A stretch of DNA of 64,000 bases from Haliotis rubra (lineage: Eukaryota), in contig NW_025767469.1 of NCBI RefSeq assembly GCF_003918875.1, positions 124,001-188,000 on the forward strand, written 5' to 3'. The notes below the pieces were generated by a model, which saw only the letters and a program-made list of their open reading frames with translations, did no database searches and had not been told where the DNA came from. The translations under genes and the position numbers were made by a program. This document shows, piece by piece, positions 26,271 to 39,690 of the stretch. Numbering within the stretch: position 1 is the stretch's first letter; every line of letters begins with the position of its first letter.

Positions 26271-26517
26271 ACCCGTGAAGATCCGGGTTAGAATTGATCT
26301 TCAGTAACCCATGCTTGTCGTAAGAGGCGACTAACGGGATCGGGTGGTCAGGCTCGCTGGCTTGGTTGACACATGTCATCGGTTCCCAATTGCGTAGATG
26401 GATTGACATGCTGTTGATCACTGGATTGTCTGGTCCAGACTCGATTATTAACAGACCGCCGCCATATAGCTGGAATATTGCTGAGTGCGGCGTAAGACTA
26501 AACTACTCACTCACTCA
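26271..26517 (+). mobile_element. SINE-B, full length (about 245 bp)
   Basis: TSD ataccaacaa; 3' tail GCTGGAATATTGCTGAGTGCGGCGTAA..(ACTC)n shared with SINE-A. Confidence 0.92.
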
Positions 26518-26859
26518 TACCAACAACCCCCGTTACCAACACCCAGAAACTAGAACCACTACTTGCATACCTCTGAAACTAGTACCAATTCACAGGATCA
26601 GTATCAGCAAACAAACAAACTAATGCATGTTCGATTAACTGATACAAGTACCTTGTTAACAACGCACGGGATCAGTATCGTCAAGCCCAACCTTCTGACT
26701 GGACTCACCTATACACCATATAAACTGACTTTCAAAAGAATTTTTCAAGAGAGACAACGTAAATGTTTTGAAAAGTGTGTGTATTCTGATTACAAGTCAC
26801 AAGCATTGCGTTCGTATTGTCAAAACACCACAGATATCCGTGACGTGTTTTTTGCAGCG

Positions 26860-27160
26860 ATATCATGAAAATCATGATTTTGACTCGCACGTGCATGATA
26901 TGCACCAGCTGTATAAAACACGCTCGACTGAGATTGTTAGGGGTTTACCTATCACAGGCACACATAAAACTCCAATACTATCAGCAACGGATCGAGAACG
27001 AGCCATTGGAATGTCGCAGGTAGGCTTAGAACAGCCATAATCTCAGAACGTTCGGCTGTACTACGTAGGCAGACAATTCTCAGATTTAAGAGACACGTCA
27101 ACCAGACTGGCCAGACAACTGAACCGAGAGTGACCATCCCACAAGATGATTTTCACCTGC
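26860..27160 (+). mobile_element. Degenerate Tc1 remnant
   Basis: Encodes PILSATDRERAIGM..NQTGQTT, similar to the N-termini of the 15.6 kb and 61.1 kb elements. Confidence 0.6.
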
Positions 27161-27585
27161 AATGATGATCACAGTCGCAGTTGGGTACAATATCTGTGTT
27201 GTTTTGGCAACAAATACACTTTGTTTGTTACTTGTACATTAGGTGTATACTTTCTTTTACATGTCAGTATATAATGTACCTACCGTTCCATTGTATATAT
27301 CCATTTCATTTTTTTGGAATTCCAAGTGATGGTTACTTTCTGATACCTTTTGATTTAGACAATGCTTTTTGTACATACAGTATGTTGTATATTTTGTAAT
27401 AAATGTGCTTCGTTACGATGCCGAGTGTTTTGGATTGCAAGACTCTCTTTAAGGTATTGGTAACATGTCTTTAAATATTGGATGACAAATGCCGATCGTT
27501 TAACCTCTCACGTTATCCCATTGGAATGTAAATAACTGAATCTGGATCAGACGAACCGGTGACTGATGAAAATCAGCCCACACCA

Positions 27586-27826
27586 GTGAGTGGGTGAGTT
27601 TAGTTTTACGCCGCACTCAGCAATATTCCAGCTATATGGCGGCGGTCTGTAAATAATCGAGTCTGGACCAGACAATCCAGTGATCAACAGCATAAGCATC
27701 GATCTACGCAATTGGGAACCGATGACATGTGTCAACCAAGCCAGCGACCCTGACCATCCGATCCCGTTAGTCTCCTCTTACAACAAGCATGGGTTACTGA
27801 AGATTCTACCCCGGATCTTCACGGGT
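27586..27826 (-). mobile_element. SINE-B
   Basis: Family match; TSD ending cagtgag. Confidence 0.9.
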
Positions 27827-29226
27827 TCACATCAGTGAGGCACGACGACGTGCAATGAGACATTTTAGGGAATCTGGCCAAGCGATCCTGTTTAGTCACT
27901 TATATCGATCTGCGATAGGGAGCTGAGGATCTGTTGTGTATTCTAACCTCTGTACTGCAATACTTTGTTTCTAGATTCTATCGGACCATTTCGGCCTATC
28001 TGTGTAATATTATGAGGACTATGTGATACTGTTACCTACCAGTAATACGTAGATATTAGGAAAAGAAAAATGTATATCTCGTTTGCCTTTTTACCAAATT
28101 TATTCAATATGAAGACATCCTTTTCCATCAAAAACATTTCGAGGGCTTTCTGATTCGCATTCTGATTGTTCTAGTAGCGCTGCTAATCAATTTGGAGAAT
28201 GGAAATCACGGGCGGGTAGTTTGAGATGTGAGAACCAAGGAAAAGGATCAAGGTGTTAATGATAGCCCGCGGGTATAGAAGAGTTGCAAGTGCCACTCGG
28301 CCACACTTCAATATCCCAGTGATTGACATCATGAGCGTAGATCGGTGCATTTTGGATTTACCTTACCACCCGATTCCGCTTGGTGTCTATTTCGACAAGC
28401 ATTGGTTTCTGAAGACCCATTCTATTCCCGAGCTACACGGGCTGTAGTTTGTACCAACATTATTGGTGATGCCACAGGGGCTTGTAACGCTAAAAAACTG
28501 TCATGGGATTTTGGCTCGGAATCGAGAAAACACGATTTTCGAATTTCATAAGACCCTAGCTCCCAAAGTACTGCTTCGATTGTTGTGCTGTATGTCTCAT
28601 TTTGTAGGTAAATCTATTGGCTTAATGTGTGCAACTTTTAATGGGATATATAGTGAGCATTGTTGAATTTGCCCTGAAACGAACTTGGTGTGTTGACCTC
28701 GCTACATCCCCTTTCCTTTTATATAGCGATAAGACCCTGTTAGTGACAGTACATACCTTGATGGCTGTATTTAGCGTTACAACCCCCTGTGGACGGTATA
28801 TCACGTCATCATACCCAGACTACATGGAAAGATGCTCATGTCAGTCACTGGATTATCTGGTTCAGAATCGGTTATATACAGACTGAAGTCATACAGCTTG
28901 AATGTTGCATCGGGAAGCTACAAACAACAAACTAACTACATTCTACATTACTTCCGACTTGTCTCCCAGTTCATGCTGACACGCAAGCACTCTATCTGAA
29001 ATACAGCCAAGAGCGGCGTAAAATCCAAGTCACTCACATTATCTGGTTCATTATCTATCATATCTGTCATATCGTGTTTCATGTCACGGTTTTAATATCT
29101 GCTTGATGCACAGTTGATATTGCACCAAACAACGTGTCACGTTACACGTACGTGTGATAATATCACGATACCTGCTGAATGTCATCTCAACATGTCGTCT
29201 ATCGGTTTGATTTGGTTTGTGTTGAA

Positions 29227-29393
29227 GGGGCGGTGAGGTAGTCTAGTGGTTAAAGCATTCGCTCGTCATGCCGAAGACCCAGGTTCGATTGCCCACATGG
29301 GTACAATGCTTAAAGCCAATTTCTGTTGTTCCACGCCTAATATTGTTAGAATATTGCTAAAAGCGGCGTAAAACTAAACTCACTCACTCACTC
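29227..29393 (+). mobile_element. SINE-A
   Basis: Family match. Confidence 0.88.
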
Positions 29394-29560
29394 GGGTTGG
29401 TGCCTGTTGTCTGCAAGTACAAGACAGTACTAGATGCCTCTAACACAAAAGGTGGCCCTGTCGTATAAGGCACCCTTCCATGAACACGCAAAACACTTAA
29501 GCCTGGGGGTTCGAATGTTGATTCGCCCCGATTATTGGTGTCAGCGCCATAGGCATGCAT

Positions 29561-29803
29561 TCGTGAAGGTCCGGGTTAGAATACTGATCTTCAGTTACCC
29601 ATGCTTGTCGTAAGAGCCGACTTATGGGATCGGGTGGTCAGGCTCGCTGACTTAGTTGATACATGTCATCGGTTTCCAATTGCACAGATCGATGATTATG
29701 CTGTTGATCACTGGATTCTCCGGTCCAGACTCGATTATTAACAGACCGCCGCCATATAGCTGGAATATTGCTGAGTGCGGCGTAAAACTAAACTCACTCA
29801 CTC
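29561..29803 (+). mobile_element. SINE-B
   Basis: Family match. Confidence 0.88.
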
Positions 29804-29987
29804 GTTAAACGGGTGGGTATAGTCTTCCAGAACAAATACTTCTGTCGGAAGTGAAGGTTCAGCACAGATGAGTTGGCCTTTAAATATTTTCCTCGTCAGT
29901 CTGAGCTGGGGGAAATACTTGGCCCCGAAACAAGAATCACTATTGTCCTAAAACACACGCCTTGTAAACATATTGTGCAGATTTGTC

Positions 29988-30148
29988 AGTGAATGAGGGA
30001 GTTGAGTTTTGCCCCGTTTTTAGCAATATTCCAGCAATATCACGGCGGGAGGACACAAGAAATGGGCTTCATATATTGTACCCATGTGGGGAATCGAACC
30101 CGTGTCTTCGGCGTGACGAGCGAACGCTTAGACCACCCCACCACCCTT
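29988..30148 (-). mobile_element. SINE-A
   Basis: Family match, diverged. Confidence 0.82.
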
Positions 30149-30406
30149 AGGTTGGTCAGCTCAACTGTACTCCGCTAGGGGCGTGGACCTAAAGTCGGAG
30201 AGCAGTACGGTTTGGTATCTTGTTTGATTATTCTTTATTTTTTGTTTAATGACCCAATTTACTATATGCATGGTGGTAGCATGGAGATAAATAGCATCTT
30301 GGCTACACAAACCAGTGATTGATTATATGTGCAACATCCAACACCATCTAGGTATGCTGCGTTACAATGCGGCAAGTCCCTTAGACTGACAACCCATGCT
30401 TTTAGT

Positions 30407-30565
30407 CTGAGTGTAGTTTTACGCCGCTTTTAGCAATATTCAAGCAATATCACGGCGGGGGGACACCAGAAATGGGCTTAACACATTGTGCCCATGTGGG
30501 GAATCGAACCCGGGTGTTCGGCGTGACGAGCGAACGCTTTAACCACTAGGCTACCCCACCGCCCC
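30407..30565 (-). mobile_element. SINE-A
   Basis: Family match; TSD tgcttttagtc. Confidence 0.9.
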
Positions 30566-32189
30566 TGCTTTTAGTCACCTCGTGCAACACGCAATAGTGG
30601 CTGGGCACCTAACACTTCCAAACTTCTGTATTGATATAGATAGTCAAACGTCGTTATATAATGGTGCCCATGTAAATACTTCGAGCTATCCACGGTTCGA
30701 CACAACCGAATTATTTTTAATTCTAAGGGACTGTGCATTACTTCGAGACAACCGTAAGTTCGACACATCAGCATTCGACATAACGGTGTTTGAATGTCAC
30801 TGTCCAGGTGGCAGCTTCGACACCTTTCTCGACTATTCCGTCACGTTCAACAAAAAAGATAACAAAGTACAAGATATGACTTTTTAAATGACTGTAATTG
30901 CCACTGATGACATGAAGAAATAATGTTTGAGCAATGGTCGAGTTAAATGAAGCTAAATGTGTCCAGCTCGGTGTGTGTTATTGGAGGCTGAAAACTCTGG
31001 CAAGCTGTAAAGACGTAACAGTAGTTCGAAGGCTGAAAACGAAGCACGGAACAAAGGAAATGACAAAACTTATCGGGCCTGTACATGGCCTCAGACCACA
31101 ATTGTTTTTCTTCTCTGCTATCTACAGTGACATGCCAGTCTACCATAATTAATATCGGTCGTAGGCTGTTCTCCTGTTGCATGCTGACCAACCTGCCACT
31201 TGTCACTTAACCGGCAAAATATGGGCCTGGATCGACCATTTCAATTTTGCTGTATCCACTGTAAACAATAGTCACCGGAAGTTACGAGCCGAAACACACT
31301 AGACAGCCTTGAACTTGGGGTCAAATCATGGAAGGTTGGTGTCAATAATGTGTAGATTGTGGACCAAAATAAATTTGCAATAAAGTACAATGTCTTACCT
31401 TTCATTTAAGCTATCACAAGTCACGCTGAAAAAAATAGCACACATAGAACAGCCCATTAAAACAAGGCACTATATTCTCCAATTTTCCTTCCGGGTCATG
31501 TTAAAAGTTAAGGGGGGTAACTGTGGTCTGAGGCCACATCGCGAGGGGCTCCTTTGCGCACTACAACTTGCGATATGCGAAACAATGACCAGTTTACTTC
31601 CGGTACCAGATTTCCGGTTCCAAATTGCGCGACCGCCAAATATGACTCTGCTAGACCGAACCAAGTGTACAACCATGCTTGGCTGTCACAGCTGTTGACA
31701 GTCGTATAGTTGGGTATATTGGGGATGGTTAGATCGGAAATTTGTTATTCCTGCAAGGATTATCGGTTCAACCATGAGACCATTCGAAAAGGTATGAAAC
31801 TTCGTTGGAAGTACTATGGAAGTGCCGTGACCTCCTAAGGAAAACGACGATAAATCAAAATCGGGAATAGTCTAGTAAATGTCACCACGGTACTTTACAA
31901 TGGATACCCTGTACTCATCAATATTTGGTGTTTATTATTTTTATACTGAAACAAATCTGTTTAAGAAACTATCATATTGTTATGTGTACAAGTTCGGGCG
32001 TCAACAGATGACCTGTGTTACGACTTGAGTGAGGATGTTTTAAGCCATTTTTTGCACAAATTCAATAAAATCACGACAGGGAATCACAAGTCTCTCAGTC
32101 TCAGACTGTTTCTCAGTCATCTGGTTTGTTTGTCTGCAATATTCCAGCTATATAGTGACGGTATGTAAATAATCGCGTCTGTACCCGAC

Positions 32190-33110
32190 AATCCAGTGAT
32201 CTGCACTCTTGATCTGTAGTGGCAGCTGATTCCATAAAGTGGAAGCCTTCACAGAGAATGCCCTGTCACCCATTTTGCTCTGTGTGTGGGATTGTGATGA
32301 GGTCGTCTTCTGCTGAACGTAGGGAGCATCTCGGACAATACATGTGAAGTAGGGACCTTAAATACAATGGTGCAGAGTCACTGTACAATCCTCTGTACGC
32401 CAAGGTGAGTGGGTGAGTTTAGTTTTACGCCGCACTCAGCAATATTCCAGCTATATAGCAGCGGTCTGTAAATAATCGAGTCTGGACAAGACAATCCAGT
32501 GATCAACAGCATGAGCATCGATCTACGCAATTGGGAACCGATGACATGTGTCAAACAAGGCAGCGAGCCTGACCACCCGATCTCGTTAGTCGCCTCTTAC
32601 GACAAGCATGGGTTACTGAAGATCAAGATTCTAACCCGGACCTTCACGGGTCTGTACGTCAAGGTGAGGATCTTGTAGTGTATACACTGCTTGATGCGGA
32701 GCAAGTGTAAACTGAAGCGGGCGGTGATGTGGGCGAACTACTTGCTCCTTGAGATGACTGAAGGTTCTTCCTGATCTTCCTGATCTTCCTCAGATGCCAG
32801 GATGCAGATTTAGCAACAGAAAGTACTTGCTTGTCGGATGTTTGATGTTACAGAATCGTAACCATGAATAGAAATGGATGAAGACTTCAACAGTCCTCGA
32901 CACGATGCGCACGAGTCCGCTGAATTGTTCACAGACACGAATCGGGACGAAAACTTATGAGCAGTTTTGGCCTTTTAACATAAAGGGTGTCCGTCCTATT
33001 GTCCACTGTCCACGATTCGGATGGCAACGGATGAACAGCTTCCACTGAGGGTCCGCCAGTATGTTGTTCGTTAGACGGATGTGGACATGATTGGATGAAC
33101 ATATAGCACA
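32190..33110 (-). mobile_element. L2/CR1-group LINE remnant, interrupted by a SINE-B copy
   Basis: Degenerate ORF2 motifs VAKSASWHLRKIRKIRKNL and MGDRAFSVKASTLWNQLP. Confidence 0.7.
32405..32651 (-). mobile_element. SINE-B
   Basis: TSD tctgtacg(c/t)caaggtgag. Confidence 0.92.
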
Positions 33111-33141
33111 TAAAGGGTTAAAAGGACCAGGGTTCGCGGTA

Positions 33142-36100
33142 TCAGTAATTCTGGTACCCACTTTTGTGGGAGCCATGGTTATGATGGGGGCCATGCTGGC
33201 TGGAACTCTGGAAGGAAAAGAATAACATTCTATGATCAGCAATGAGGAAGATAAACAGAAGATATTTATTACTATTTCATAACTAGAATAAATCTCGGGT
33301 CGAGGTCAAGTCGTCGGAAGATTGATATATGTCATCGTGTCACTATTGCGTAGTACGATGCTCACGATGTCAATCAAGTCATTGTGTGGTCCACGATCGA
33401 TAACCTTTACAAAAACAAAACCTACTTCTTGTACGATACTGAATCTAACAATTGAACAATTTCACCATCTTCACCTGCTTTGAATAGTCATAAAGGGGTT
33501 ACTGAAACAAAGAGTGAGAGAACAGGGGCGTAGCTACCATTATAAAAGCCCGGACTTACACATGATTTTTGGAAGCCTTCAATACTATCTAAATATAAAA
33601 CTTTGCAACCTATCGGGCTTACACGAACAAAATGGCTTGCTCCGCGCCTGAAGAAGTAGGCTTCACACATTGTACCCATGTGGGGAATCAAACCCGGGTC
33701 TTTGGCGTGATCAGCGAACGCTTTAACCACTAGGCTACCCCAACGCCCCGATTGAAACAAAGAAAAGGAATCAAATATAAACATTATAGCATGCGTTTTA
33801 CCTGAGTTAACCGTCGGTATTTCCTCCTCCTGTACTGGGCGATGAAGATAATCAGCGACACGACAACAGCAGCGACCAAGACTGATGCGACGGTGATGAT
33901 GACAATTATGGGGGAGTGCCCACATCCCTGTATCTCGTCAGAGCCGTCCCCGCAGTCGTCGAAGCCGTTGCAGGTCACGTACACTGATACACAACGCTTG
34001 TTTTTACAGTGAAACTTCTCGGGGGGACACGTATCTGGAACACAACAGAACCATACGTTCTAGAGAAGTTTTACGCCGCCAATATTCCAGCTATATATCG
34101 GCGGTCTGTTAAAGTCGAGTCTGGACCAGACAATCCAGTGATCAACAGCATGAGCATCGATCTGCGCAATTGGGAGCCGATGATGTGTCAACCAAGTCAG
34201 GGAGCCTGAACCGATCCCGTTAGTCGCCTCTTACGACAACATAGCCGCCTTTATGGCAACATGGGTTGCTGAAGACCTATTCTACCCCGGATCTTCACGG
34301 GTCCATACGTTCTAGAATGCCTTCATGAAATACAACTTGGGGACTGACTGATCTGCACAACCATTGTACAGGGACACTGAGGGTTTTCGGGTAAGAATAT
34401 GTCGAAGAAGATAAATTGTAAGGAATCAATGTGTATTACTGACCGTTACTGTGAGATATTGCAGTGACCAGGATGTCAAAGTTGCCTCGTTGATCGGATG
34501 AGTCTGTGTGGAATTCAAACGTCAGAGTGCTTCCCCCTGATTCAAATTGTCCGCGAGGTGTCTCTGTCCCACAGTCACCATCGGGACCTGGAACGAAATT
34601 AAGACACGTTTAGAGCACCTGGTGTCTTGTTTTTTAAATCTCCCATTTTAACAACAGAGGTCCGACTGCACAAGTCTATACAATAGTAAAAATCCTGGAA
34701 GCTAAGCACGTGACATGTCAATAGATTGTTTTCATAACGCTGGCAAGACCTCTTTGCTCAGCGTCGACACGTGATGCTCGTGAAATATCTTCCTGAGCCC
34801 TTTGCACGTGCATTCCGCTGTTTATCGACACGGGCTAAGATTGCATGTCCCGAGAAAAGCATGCAATCTGTACCAAGCACGTACGGCACACACCCGATCA
34901 AGAAAACAGCTTATTTTGGAATTCTCTTTTCCTTCAACAAAACGCTACTTTATCGTACAGAACATTCAAAGCAAAGCATAACAAATACGCTGAAAAATAT
35001 ACAAAAGACTTCCATCGTTCCTGCTACTTAAATTTAGAGAAATATTTTTGTTATAACATATATCTGTGAGCAATATGAAAGTGAATTAGCTGTTACTTAA
35101 TTCAGGTTTAGCTCACCCAAACCCTAACCGTGTATTCCCTAAATAAGTAACAGGAACGATTGGAATTCTTTCACCAGAAAGCTGGTAGCTGAAATTATTA
35201 GTATCGGTCAACGCATCTGGGATACGATGACATGTGTCAACCAAGTCAGCGAGCCCGACCACCCGATCACGTTAGTCGCGTCTTAAGACAAGTATGGGTT
35301 GAAGACCGGGGTAAGATTAATTGTGGTTGGTAGCCTACTCACCGTTCAGCAATGTCTGATTAGATGCATATACATCTAGTCCATTCCTCTCACAGTTCTC
35401 ACTGTCGACTGTGTCCAAGTCACGGAATCTTACGAGAAGCAGCTCCCCTTCCGTATCTGTACGTACGATAACTTTACACGTCCAGTTGACCTTGAGTGGA
35501 AGGGCAGGGTCAGCGGTCAGCTGAATCCTCGTGTCAAACACGGAACGGATTGTCAGGCTACATTCTTCGTTCATGTAGTCTAAAATATCAAAAACGTTAT
35601 GAACACACTTTATAAAGTGTACATCCTTGTGATAACGCTCAGATGTTTCAAATCGCATTAACCACCTTAGGTTGAAACATTTAATATTCATAGAATAATT
35701 TTTTTTTATCTCAAAATTAAATTGTCGGCATTTTAAAAAAAAGGGTATGCTGTATGTGCACCAAAATAACGTACACATACAAGACGTGTGTATGATATCA
35801 ACAACAATATACTCACTCACTCACTCATATAACGGTCACTACTTTATCAAGGGTTAAGGACCGTTTATAATTTATGGCTGTGTATGTGTGTGTGTGTGTG
35901 CGTGCGCGCGCGATGATGATTTTATGGAGAAGCATGTACAAGGTGAATGACCCCCATAACATTTATGTACAAAGTAAGAGACCCAATTGCATGTCATGTA
36001 CAAAATCAATGGATTCATAATCTACGTAGAAGATACGTTTATCTGTGTAGAAGATACCTTCATCTACGTAGAAGATACGTTATCGTACGTAGAAGATACG

Positions 36101-37230
36101 TTCATCTGCGTAGACGATACTTTCATCTACGTAGAAGATATCATTGTGTAGAAGATACCTTCATCTACGTAGAAGATACGATACTTTCCTACGTAGATAG
36201 ATCTGTAGAAGATATCATCTGTGTAGACGATACTTTCAACGTAGAAGATCGTTCATCTGCGTAAATACCTTCATCTTACACTATACCGTGGTTGCTAAGT
36301 TACGACCCTAGATAGATGAAAGTATCATCTACGAATATCGTACGAAAATATTTAGACTGTGGCACTAATACGCTTCCATAACATATTAACATAATTCGAT
36401 GAAAAAATGAATTATGATACATGGAATGGATTAATTTGTCCGTCTGAAGCCACTGTGGACAGTATTTTGTCACATATTACGGGGGACAGTGGGGTAGTCT
36501 AGTGATTAAACCGTTGGTTTGTCACGCCGAGGACCCAGGTTCGATTCCCCACATGGGTTCAATATGTGATCCCTTTTCAGGTGTCCCCCCGCCGTGATAT
36601 TGCTGGAATATTGCTAAAAGCGGCGTAAATCCTCACTCACTCACAGGGTAACAAAATAAATTCAATCACTGATGCTCACAAACTGAGGGACATAATCGGG
36701 TCCAATACAACGGACTTTCGTTACAATACAAAAACTAATGGTACGCTGCTATTATTTACACCACATAATTCAATTTCGTTCGTGAATTATCACATACAAA
36801 AAGCTACATTACTGATACAATATTGAATAAAGACGCCGACCGATCTGATATATTTCGGGATAAAACAAATCCAAAAAACGAAATTGAAATGAAGACTTTC
36901 ACTTATTCACCATGTTTGTTTGTCAGTTTGTATTTTTCAACCGCCCTCAACAAAAGTCCAGCAATATTACAGTGGTCTGAAAATAAGAGACAACCCAGTG
37001 GTTGATGTCATGAACAACGATTAACGCCGTCGAGTTACGATGACACGAATTCAACCAAATTATATCTCTAATAAATCATAGTTGCTAGGGCCTATCCCGG
37101 AATCAACATTGGGATGTAACCATGACAACATATACTTACGTATCGTAGGGAAATGGGTGATGCCTGCCACTCTGTCTTGAACTGTACATACACCAATGAG
37201 AATGCATATGAAACAGATCAGCTTTTCCAT
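33142..37230 (-). CDS. Gene C: signal peptide-CUB-LDLa-TM type I membrane protein, about 256 aa, 5 coding exons
   Basis: complement(join(33142-33207,33802-34034,34444-34587,35343-35579,37140-37230)); 771 nt open. [23 protein letters not shown]..|HYMNEEC..NWTC..NCERNGL..|GPDGDCG..FEFHTD..FDILVTA|[51 protein letters not shown]|[21 protein letters not shown]. Confidence 0.9.
34066..34302 (-). mobile_element. SINE-B (gene C intron 3)
   Basis: TSD ccatacgttctaga; carries an extra internal hairpin. Confidence 0.88.
36020..36275. repeat. ~21-bp tandem repeat (TCTACGTAGAAGATAC..)
   Basis: Seen directly. Confidence 0.85.
36481..36644 (+). mobile_element. SINE-A
   Basis: Family match. Confidence 0.87.
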
Positions 37231-38359
37231 ATCAGGGAACTCCGAAACCGAAACAATATCCTTGTCTTTAAGTGATGACAATGAAATATAGGACGGTAGA
37301 AGTGATATTGATTAGACGCGGGTAGAGCGATGTCTGATGTGGAGGAACACGAATGCATGAAATATACACTGTTCGGCGTTGTGATAAGATAACGTTGTAA
37401 GTACGTGGTGTGATATTAGTTAGCTATTGATACGGCGATTGTGGCCGGGTTAGTTATCAATAACAACACTCAGATGCTGTTTAGTCAGAGCTATTATTTG
37501 ACAAGGTCATGTGATCAGGATAACATTATTTTTTCCTTAAAATTCCTTTTTAAAATAAATACGAGAGGAAATATTGACTCATGTATTTGTTTTTTGGGGG
37601 TTTGTTTTGGTTTATTTTAATGGGGGGTGTCTTTTTTGTTTTTTTTGTTGTTTTTTTTAATTGTCTTGTTAGTTTTTTGGTTTTTGTCTCATTGTTTTTG
37701 GTTTGTTCTTGCTTCCGTTTTTGTATTGAGGGGGGTTGGGGGTGTTTGTAATGGGGGTAATTGCTCACCACCCCAACCATTACGTCGCCTGGCCCGACAA
37801 GTAAATAAGTATAGTTTTACACCGCTTATAGCAGTATTCCAGCAAAATCACGGCTAGGGACACCAATGTTCTTCACACACTGTACCCATGTGGGAACGAA
37901 CCCGGGTCTTCTTCGTGACCCGTTAACCTTTACGCTTCTCCACCGCGTTAAGAACTGGTTGCCGAGGGACTAAATATCCCGACTGGGGTTTACTCAGAGA
38001 AACGATCCGAAAGACCATTATCTGGAGAGCGACTTCAGAGTGAATACAACTAAGAAGGCGAATAATTACTCATAATGACATCTGGTGAGTTAGACTAATT
38101 TTGCTCGACACTATTTTGTGGAAATCCATACATGTCATCTGGAAATCATGACGTCACAATGCTCATCATGCAATTCCAAATTGTAACATAGACAATAAAT
38201 ATAAATCTACAATAAATATAATCTAACTCAAAACCACGAACTTACACATGTGAAACGGATAGCTTTGAAACATACACCACATACAAATATCCATGGGACA
38301 CTACACTATTTTATTAACAGTAAATGAACACATGTATCTCTTGATACGTCATTATCTTG

Positions 38360-38528
38360 CGGGGCTGTGGGGTAGCCTAGTGGTTAAAGCATTGGCTCGT
38401 CACGCCGAAGACCCGGGTTCGAATCCCCACATGGGTACAATGTGTGAAACCCATTTCTAGTATCCCCCACCGTGATGTTGCTGGAATATTGCTAAAAGCG
38501 GCGTAAAACCAAATTCAGTCAGTCAGTA
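38360..38528 (+). mobile_element. SINE-A
   Basis: Family match; TSD gtcattatcttgc. Confidence 0.9.
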
Positions 38529-38876
38529 AGTCATTATCTTGCATGAACAGTCGTGAACAAGAGCAATTACATGTTGGCTTCTTTGTTTCTTTGTGTCTTT
38601 GTTTTAAAGCCGCACTCTGAAATAATCCAGCTACACTTCGGCGGTCTGTAAATAATCTAGTCTGGACCAGATAATCCAGTGATCAACATCATGAATATCC
38701 AGCAGCCAAATTGGGAAGCAATTACATGTGCGCCGATATATAACTCTTACAAGCAATAAGGCAGCGACTGTTGGACGGTACTCTGAGGGGCAGGGCTGTA
38801 GAGCTGGAATTTGGTATTGGAACTTTATTGCGTCAAGCGCTACAAAACATGTCACTTCAACTATACAAAAATATTT

Positions 38877-39690
38877 CAACTGATATTTCTGTCATTAACT
38901 GTAACTGATATTTCTGTCATTAACAGTAACTGACATTTCTTGTCATTAACTGTAACTGATATTTCTTGTCATTAACTGTAACTGATACTTCTTGTCATTA
39001 ACTGTAACTGATATTTCTTGCCGCTAACTGTAACTGATATTTCTCTCATTAACTGGAACTGATATTTCTGTCATTAACTGGAGCTGATATTTCTTGTCAT
39101 TAACTGGAACTGATATTTCTGTCATTAACGGTAACCGATATTTCTTGCCATTAACTGTAACCGATATTTCTTGTCATTAACTGTAACTGATATTTCTCTC
39201 ATTAACTGTAACTGATATTTCTGTCATTAACTGTAACTGATATTTCTTGTCATTAACTGTAACTGATATTTCTGTTATTAACTGGAACTGATATTTCTGT
39301 CATTAACTGTAACTGATATTTCTTGTCATTAACTGTAACTGACATTTCTTGTCATTAACTGTAACTGATATTTCTGTCATTAACTGTAACCGATATTTCT
39401 TGTCATTAACTGTAACTGATATTTCTGTCATTAACTGTAACTGATATTTCTGTCATTAACTGTAACTGACATTTCTTGTAATTAACTGTAACTGATATAT
39501 TTCTGTCCTTAACTGAAACTGATATTTATGTCATTAACTGGAACTGATATTTCTTGTCCATAGCTGTAACTGATATTTCTTGTCATTAATTGTAACTGAT
39601 ATTTCTGTCATTAACTGTAACTGATATTTCTGTCATTAACTGTAACTGATATTTCTTGTCATTAACTGTAACTGATACTCCTTGTCATTC
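38877..39690. repeat. 24/25-bp minisatellite TAACTGTAACTGATATTTC(T)TGTCAT, about 33 copies
   Basis: Seen directly. Confidence 0.97.

Noticed and set aside
26167-26623. Recurrent small ORFs ([16 protein letters not shown].., MTHVIGSQLRR..) as a peptide family
   Set aside because: They are chance translations of SINE-B copies.
30640-31915. Possible MITE(s) with TTCGACA repeats and an inverted GGCCTCAGACCACA motif
   Set aside because: Termini and TSD could not be defined by eye.
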